Assembly: GCA_041687695.1 (NCBI GenBank)
Contig: JAWLBL010000013.1
Span: 146,874 to 210,873, forward strand
DNA: 64,000 nucleotides
Source of the DNA: Myxococcota bacterium
GTDB lineage: Bacteria > Myxococcota_A > UBA9042 > PHBI01 > JAWLBL01
Reading direction: 5' to 3'
The number at the start of each line of letters is the position of its first letter. Within the stretch, counting starts at the first letter, position 1. Positions 59,217-64,000 of the stretch are shown here, piece by piece. The translations under genes and the position numbers were made by a program. Under the pieces are notes generated by a model. That model worked only from the letters and a program-made list of their open reading frames with translations. It had not been told where the DNA came from and did not search any database.

Positions 59217-61663
59217 CAGTTCACCCCCTGACCGGCGACGAAGCCGAAGAGGCGCTCCTTGCGCTCGGCGCGCTCGCGGGCGCGCTGTGCGTCGGGGCGA
59301 CCCGAGGTGGCGTAGCGCCGGAAGAGATCCCAGGCTTCGCGATAGGCGCCCTCGCGGTCGCGGATCAGCGCCAGGTTGTAGAGCGCCTCGGGCGGGCCGC
59401 CGTCGCTGGTCTGCCGGAGCCAGGTGCGGGCGGCCTCGCCGGCCTGACCGGAGGCGAGGCGCGCCGCGGCGATGTTGTGGTCCATGGCGGCGCTGGGGGC
59501 GGCCTGCGCCGCCTGGGTCCAGTGCTGGATGGCCTTGGCCCAGGCCTTGGCCGCGTAGGCGGCGTGGCCGAGCTGCTCGTGGGCGGCGGCGGTGATGGCG
59601 GCGGCGGTCGGGCCGCCGTCGCGCACCTTGGCCAGCGCCTTGAGGGCGCCGTTGGCGTCGCCCTTCCGCAGCAGGCTCCACGCCACGCACGCGTGCGCGA
59701 GCTCGCGCGCCGAGGCCCAGGCGGGGCCTGCGAGCGCCCGTCCCTCGGCCATCTGCCGCAGCGCACCCAGCGGGCCTTCGCTGCCAGGGGCGGCCAGGAC
59801 GGCGGCCATCGCGGAGCCCAGCTGGGCCAGCGTGCGATCGCGCGCCTCGAGCCCCTCCTTGGCGGACAGCGCCCGCTCGAGGGCCGCCCGCGCGCCTCCG
59901 GCGTCCCCCGCGGCCAGCCGGTCGAGCCCCAGCTCGAGGGCCGCGATCGCGGCGCTGCGTTGCGCCGCGGCGTCTCCCGGCGCCAGCGCGGCGGCCTCGT
60001 CGAAGGCCTCGGAGGCCCGCGCCCACTCGCCCTTGTGGGCGGCCAGGTGCCCCGTGACCGTCAGGGCCAGGCCCTGCAGCTGCGTCCCGGCCGCGGTGGC
60101 GGCCTCGATCTCGGCCTGCGCCGGCTCGTGACGCCCGGCGAGCAGATGCAGCATCGCCCGGACGGCCCGCGCGTCCGGCCCCGACGGCGCGTCCTCGCGG
60201 CCGCTCGGCCCGATGGCTCGCTCGGCCGCCTCGACCTGGCCCGCCGCCAGCTCGAGCAGCGCCAGGTTCACGCGCGCCGGCTCGTAGGTCGGCATCCGGT
60301 CCAGCGCCTCCTGCAGCCCCCGCCGCGCCGCGGCGTCGTCCCCGGTGGCGCGCGCGGCGGCGGCCTGCGCCGTCTTGACGGTGACCAGCCCCAGCGTCGC
60401 GTCGGTCAGCGCCGGGTCGAGCGTGGCGGCGCGCTCGAAGGCGGCGAGCGACTCCTGGAGCCGCTGCAGCGCCCACAGATCGCGCCCGCGCTCGACGTGC
60501 AGCGGCGCGCGCTCGGGCGCCTTGTGGAGGGCCTTGTCGTGCCAGGCCAGCGCCTCGTTCGGCCGGCCGGCCCGGCGCAGCAAGGTCCCGAGCCACCCCG
60601 TGATCTCGAAGGAGTCGTCGAGACCGGCGGCTCTCTCGGCCTGGGTCAGCGCCTCGTCGAGCTGGCCCTCGCGGAAGGCGATCTGGCTCAACCCGTAGTA
60701 GACCCACGGGTTGTTGGCGGCGCCCGTCCCGGCGAGTTCGAAGGTCTGGCGGGCCTCGGCGAGGCGCCCGAGCTGCAGCTGGCAGTCCGCCTTGAAGTAC
60801 AGGGCGGTGGCGTAGTCGGGTTGCAGCTTCAGGAAGCGGTCGAGCAGCGCGACGGCCTGGTCGCAGCGGCCCTGCTTGATGCGCACCGACGCCAGGTTGT
60901 AGAGCAGGCGCGGGCGGTCGCCCTCCTCGCCCAGCAGCTCCTCGTAGGCGCGGCCGGCCTCGACCAGCCGCGACGAGCGGAACAGGGCGTTGGCGCGGTT
61001 GATGCGCGCCGCCAGGTTCTTGGGCTCGACCACGAGGAAGGCGTCCAGGGCCACGACGGCCTCCTGGAAGCGATCGAGCTTGAGGTAGTAGGTGCCGAGG
61101 AGCCCGAGCGCCTTCTTGTCGTCGGGACGGACCTTTACGTACCGCTCGATGTGCGGCAGGCCTTCGAACCAGCCCGACTGCTGGAAGTGATAGGTCGCCA
61201 GGAGCCACATGGCGTCGAAGCGCTTGGGGTCGTCGGCGACGCGCTCGAGCAGCTTGGCCGCGTCCTGCGGGCGGCCGTTCTGGAACTGGTGCAGGCCGAG
61301 CTGGTGCGTGTAGTCGGGGTCGTCCGGGGCCTTGGCGTGCAGCGGCTCGAGGAGGTCGACGCCCTCCTGGAAGCGCTTGTCGATGAGCAGCGCTCGCGAC
61401 AGGCCGAGGTTGGCCTGCTTGTTGCCGGGCTCTCCCGCCAGGATGCGCCGGTAGGCCTTCTCGGCCTCGGCGACGCGCTGCTTGGCCGCCTTGGTGTCGC
61501 CCCGCGCGGTCAGCGTCCGCGCCGAGTCGAGCGCGTCGTCGCCCACCTGCAGCAGGCGCTGCTTCTCGCGCTTGTCGAGATCCTGCGCCCCCAGCGCGGG
61601 GCCGAGGGACAGCGCGACGGCCATCGCCGCCGCGAGTAGGCGTGCGGCGAGGCGGGGCGTCAC
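59216..61663 (-). CDS. large periplasmic TPR-repeat protein
   Basis: 815 aa. Signal MTPRLAARLLAAAMAVALSLGPALGAQD. At least 15 TPR-like helical repeats. GTG start overlaps the upstream phosphatase stop (GTGA). Confidence 0.75.
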   Translation of the reverse strand: MTPRLAARLLAAAMAVALSLGPALGAQDLDKREKQRLLQVGDDALDSARTLTARGDTKAAKQRVAEAEKAYRRILAGEPGNKQANLGLSRALLIDKRFQEGVDLLEPLHAKAPDDPDYTHQLGLHQFQNGRPQDAAKLLERVADDPKRFDAMWLLATYHFQQSGWFEGLPHIERYVKVRPDDKKALGLLGTYYLKLDRFQEAVVALDAFLVVEPKNLAARINRANALFRSSRLVEAGRAYEELLGEEGDRPRLLYNLASVRIKQGRCDQAVALLDRFLKLQPDYATALYFKADCQLQLGRLAEARQTFELAGTGAANNPWVYYGLSQIAFREGQLDEALTQAERAAGLDDSFEITGWLGTLLRRAGRPNEALAWHDKALHKAPERAPLHVERGRDLWALQRLQESLAAFERAATLDPALTDATLGLVTVKTAQAAAARATGDDAAARRGLQEALDRMPTYEPARVNLALLELAAGQVEAAERAIGPSGREDAPSGPDARAVRAMLHLLAGRHEPAQAEIEAATAAGTQLQGLALTVTGHLAAHKGEWARASEAFDEAAALAPGDAAAQRSAAIAALELGLDRLAAGDAGGARAALERALSAKEGLEARDRTLAQLGSAMAAVLAAPGSEGPLGALRQMAEGRALAGPAWASARELAHACVAWSLLRKGDANGALKALAKVRDGGPTAAAITAAAHEQLGHAAYAAKAWAKAIQHWTQAAQAAPSAAMDHNIAAARLASGQAGEAARTWLRQTSDGGPPEALYNLALIRDREGAYREAWDLFRRYATSGRPDAQRARERAERKERLFGFVAGQGVN

Positions 61664-63228
61664 GTGATCCTCCCGATGACCACGGTCACGTCGTCCTCGA
61701 GCGGGACCTGGTCGCGGAACTGGTCGAAGTCCGTCACCAGGTGACGGATGGCCTCCTCGGGGCCGATGGCGCGGTCGAACTCGCTCAGGACGCGCAGCAG
61801 GCGCCGCATGCCGTACTGCTTGCCGCCGCGCCCCACCGACTCGATGAGCCCGTCGGTGTACCAGACGATGAGGTCACCCGACTGCACCTTGGTGCGCCGC
61901 GCCTCGAAGCCGGCCGGGTCGCCGTCGCCCAGGCGGTTGCCGCGCGAGACCAGGCGGGTGAGCTTGACGCCGTCCTCGGCCCAGCGCAGCAGCAGGGCGG
62001 GCGGGTGGCCGGCCGACGAGAAGAACAGGGTGCTCTGGTGCGTGTCGAGGATGGCCGCGGTGGCGGTCATGAAGAACGAGCCGGCGCCGGCGTCGCGGAT
62101 GACGCGATCGAGGACCCGCAGCGTCTCGGAGACCTGCAGGCTGTCGCCCTGCAGGTGCCGCAGCGTGTCCAGGCAGCTCTTGGCCGTGGCGGTCAGCATC
62201 GCCGCCGGCACGCCATGGCCGGTGACGTCGCCGACGAGCAGGGCGCTGCAGCCGCGGGGCAGGGCGGCGAAGTCCCAGAAGTCGCCGCCGCAGGTCGTGG
62301 CGGGCTCGTAGTAGCCGGCGACCTCGAGGCCCGGCGCCGTGTGCGTCCCCTCGCCGGGCACCAGGACGCTCTGGATCTGGCGCGCCAGGCTCAGCTCGTG
62401 CTCGAGCTCGGCCTTGGACACGGCCTCGACCAGCAGCGTCTGGATTCGGTCGGCCATGTGGTTGAACTGCAGCCCCAGGCTGCCGACCTCGTCGTTGGAC
62501 TCGACGCGCACGCGCGCGCCCAGGTCGCCCTGCGCGATCTGCGAGGCGGTCCGCTCGAGGCGCTGGATGGGGCGCGCGAACCGGAACGCCTGCAGCAGGC
62601 TCAGCAGCACGCCCAGGCTGAGGGCGACGGCGCCGACGAGCAGGGTCGAGTGGAGCGCCTTGCGCGTGCGCTCGGCGCGCTCGGTCTCGACCGAGGCGAG
62701 CGAGGCCTGTAGCGGCTCGAGATCGTAGCCAAACGCGACGATGCCACGGGCGACCTGTTCGCCGCCCTCGCCGTCGACCACGATGGGTTGCTGGACCCGC
62801 AGGATGCGCTTGCCGTCCTCGTCGTCCTCTCGGGCCGAGGCGGCGAGCAGGCCGTCGACCGGCGCGTCGAGGCGCGGCAGCTCGGCGGCGTCGATGGCGC
62901 GGCGCGAGTCGGCGAGGATGCGGCCGTCACGGTCGGCGACCAGGGCGAAGACGACCTGCGGGTCGTGCGCGACCAGGCCGCGCACCACCGAACCCAGCGT
63001 GCCGAGCTCCGTCCCCTCGAGCGCCTCGCGCAGCGACACCGACAGGACGGTCGCGGTCGACTGCGCGCGCCGGTTGGCCAGGTCGGAGAAGGTCGCCTGC
63101 ATGTCGCTCGCGCGCTCGTCGTGCAGGCGCCGGATCTCGACCGCGTTGACGTAGCCGAGGAAGGCGACGACCAGCGCGACCAGCAGCGTGGACGCGAGCG
63201 TGAGCTTGACGCCGAGGGTGAGTCTCAT
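61660..63228 (-). CDS. transmembrane HAMP-domain PP2C-type serine phosphatase (RsbU/SpoIIE-like)
   Basis: 522 aa. TM1 LTLASTLLVALVVAFLGYV, a roughly 160-aa extracytoplasmic loop, TM2 LLVGAVALSLGVLLSLLQAF, HAMP (RPIQRLERTASQIAQGDLGARV...VGSLGLQFNHMADRI), then a SpoIIE/PP2C domain (GGDFWDF, DVTGHG, LIVWYTDGLIE, LEDDVTVVI). Confidence 0.85.
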   Translation of the reverse strand: MRLTLGVKLTLASTLLVALVVAFLGYVNAVEIRRLHDERASDMQATFSDLANRRAQSTATVLSVSLREALEGTELGTLGSVVRGLVAHDPQVVFALVADRDGRILADSRRAIDAAELPRLDAPVDGLLAASAREDDEDGKRILRVQQPIVVDGEGGEQVARGIVAFGYDLEPLQASLASVETERAERTRKALHSTLLVGAVALSLGVLLSLLQAFRFARPIQRLERTASQIAQGDLGARVRVESNDEVGSLGLQFNHMADRIQTLLVEAVSKAELEHELSLARQIQSVLVPGEGTHTAPGLEVAGYYEPATTCGGDFWDFAALPRGCSALLVGDVTGHGVPAAMLTATAKSCLDTLRHLQGDSLQVSETLRVLDRVIRDAGAGSFFMTATAAILDTHQSTLFFSSAGHPPALLLRWAEDGVKLTRLVSRGNRLGDGDPAGFEARRTKVQSGDLIVWYTDGLIESVGRGGKQYGMRRLLRVLSEFDRAIGPEEAIRHLVTDFDQFRDQVPLEDDVTVVIGRIT

Positions 63229-63232
63229 CGCG

Positions 63233-64000
63233 TCACTCCAGCGTCACGATGAGGTAGACGATGACGCCGAGCAGCCCGAGCATCACGAGGAGCACGCCGA
63301 CGAAGACGACGTCGCCGCCGCGGCGACCCGTCGCCTGGGAGGGTGGGGCCGCGGCGCCGAGGCGGGCCGCCACCTGGGAGATGGTCGACTGCGAGCGCTC
63401 CGGGTCGGGGGTGACGCCGAGCTGCGCGATGGTGCGCGCCCCGCCGGCGCCCGGGCCCGACACGAGCGGGGCGGCGTCGGAGGCGCCGGCGTCCAGGGCC
63501 ACGCGGGCCGCCGCGACCATCGGCTCGAGCTGCTCGCGGTCGACCTCGCGGGGCTGGTCCTCGATGAAGCCGAAGTAGTTCTCCTCGACGTCGTCGAGGG
63601 CGTTGCCGCAGGCGGCCTTGCCGCAGGGGAACTGCGGGGCGGCGCGCCGGCCCGGGCCGCGGAGATCCAGCGCGTTGAGGCGCTCGTCGCCCTCCTTGCC
63701 GCACTTGTCGCAGTAGTAGGGGGCGAAGAAGGTGAAGACCGTGGCGGCGCCGGCGAAGTTCCGGACCAGGTTGACCTGGTCCATGATGGCCGGCGAGCAG
63801 TCGAAGAGCACGACGCGCAGCCTGCGCTTGTGCAGCTCGGCCATCCAGTTGACCCAGTCGCGGACGCCGACCGAGTTGATGCGGTAGATGCCGGCGAGGT
63901 CGACGAGCAGCGTGTCGTGACGGATGCGGGCCGTCAGATCGGGCAGCCCGTTGTGCTCGTCGATGACCCCCGACAGGCGGATGGCCGTCCAGCGCTCACC
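63233..64000 (-). CDS. STAS-domain anti-sigma-factor-antagonist-like protein with C-terminal Zn-ribbon and TM anchor (5' end beyond window)
   Basis: Reverse-strand translation from the window edge gives ...ERWTAIRLSGVIDEHNGLPDL...LLVDLAGIYRINSVGVRDWVNWMAELHKRRLRVVLFDCSPAIMDQVNLV (STAS fold). Then CDKCGKEG...CGKAACGN (Cys4), then a hydrophobic tail VVFVGVLLVMLGLLGVIVYLIVTLE. The ORF track begins only at the internal Met 63844. Confidence 0.7.
   Translation of the reverse strand, partial: GERWTAIRLSGVIDEHNGLPDLTARIRHDTLLVDLAGIYRINSVGVRDWVNWMAELHKRRLRVVLFDCSPAIMDQVNLVRNFAGAATVFTFFAPYYCDKCGKEGDERLNALDLRGPGRRAAPQFPCGKAACGNALDDVEENYFGFIEDQPREVDREQLEPMVAAARVALDAGASDAAPLVSGPGAGGARTIAQLGVTPDPERSQSTISQVAARLGAAAPPSQATGRRGGDVVFVGVLLVMLGLLGVIVYLIVTLE

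Overview
This 64-kb window is high-GC (about 70%) chromosomal DNA with the gene content of a myxobacterium (Myxococcota): a CdnL regulator, Myxococcus-type cysteine-rich repeat proteins, MopE-like CxxDDDCDGxxDE repeat proteins, many lipoproteins and TPR proteins. Most of the window is housekeeping genes: dtd, cysS, def-fmt, tRNA-Gln, rplY-pth, hppA, rpsF-rpsR-rplI, prmA-rsmE, secA, ribF-aroE, pspA, truA, asd, udk. No transposase, integrase or CRISPR array was found. The wrong-frame and antisense ORFs in the track are long because stop codons are rare in GC-rich DNA, and most of them were rejected. The regions that deserve a second look are: (1) at 57.3-64.0 kb, a tightly translationally coupled five-gene operon that looks like a transmembrane partner-switching module: a STAS antagonist with Zn-ribbon and TM anchor, a HAMP-PP2C phosphatase with a periplasmic loop, an 815-aa periplasmic TPR protein, a periplasmic binding-protein-like protein, and a receiver-like GHKL serine-kinase-like ATPase; (2) at 8.3-18.5 kb, three tandem giant secreted Cys-rich repeat lipoproteins with near-identical promoter-like elements; (3) an imuA-imuB SOS mutagenesis cassette with a LexA-box-like palindrome on the imuA start codon and an anomalous 240-bp out-of-frame overlap; (4) a tandem duplication of the secA 3' end plus its terminator; (5) a secreted protein carrying a C-terminal CFIATAAYG motif, ATGA-coupled to a small outer-membrane beta-barrel gene; (6) a radical SAM enzyme with an extra N-terminal Cys cluster; (7) a pseudo-receiver/J-like-domain protein coupled to cysS. 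All calls come from reading the sequence and the six-frame translations. No database search was run.
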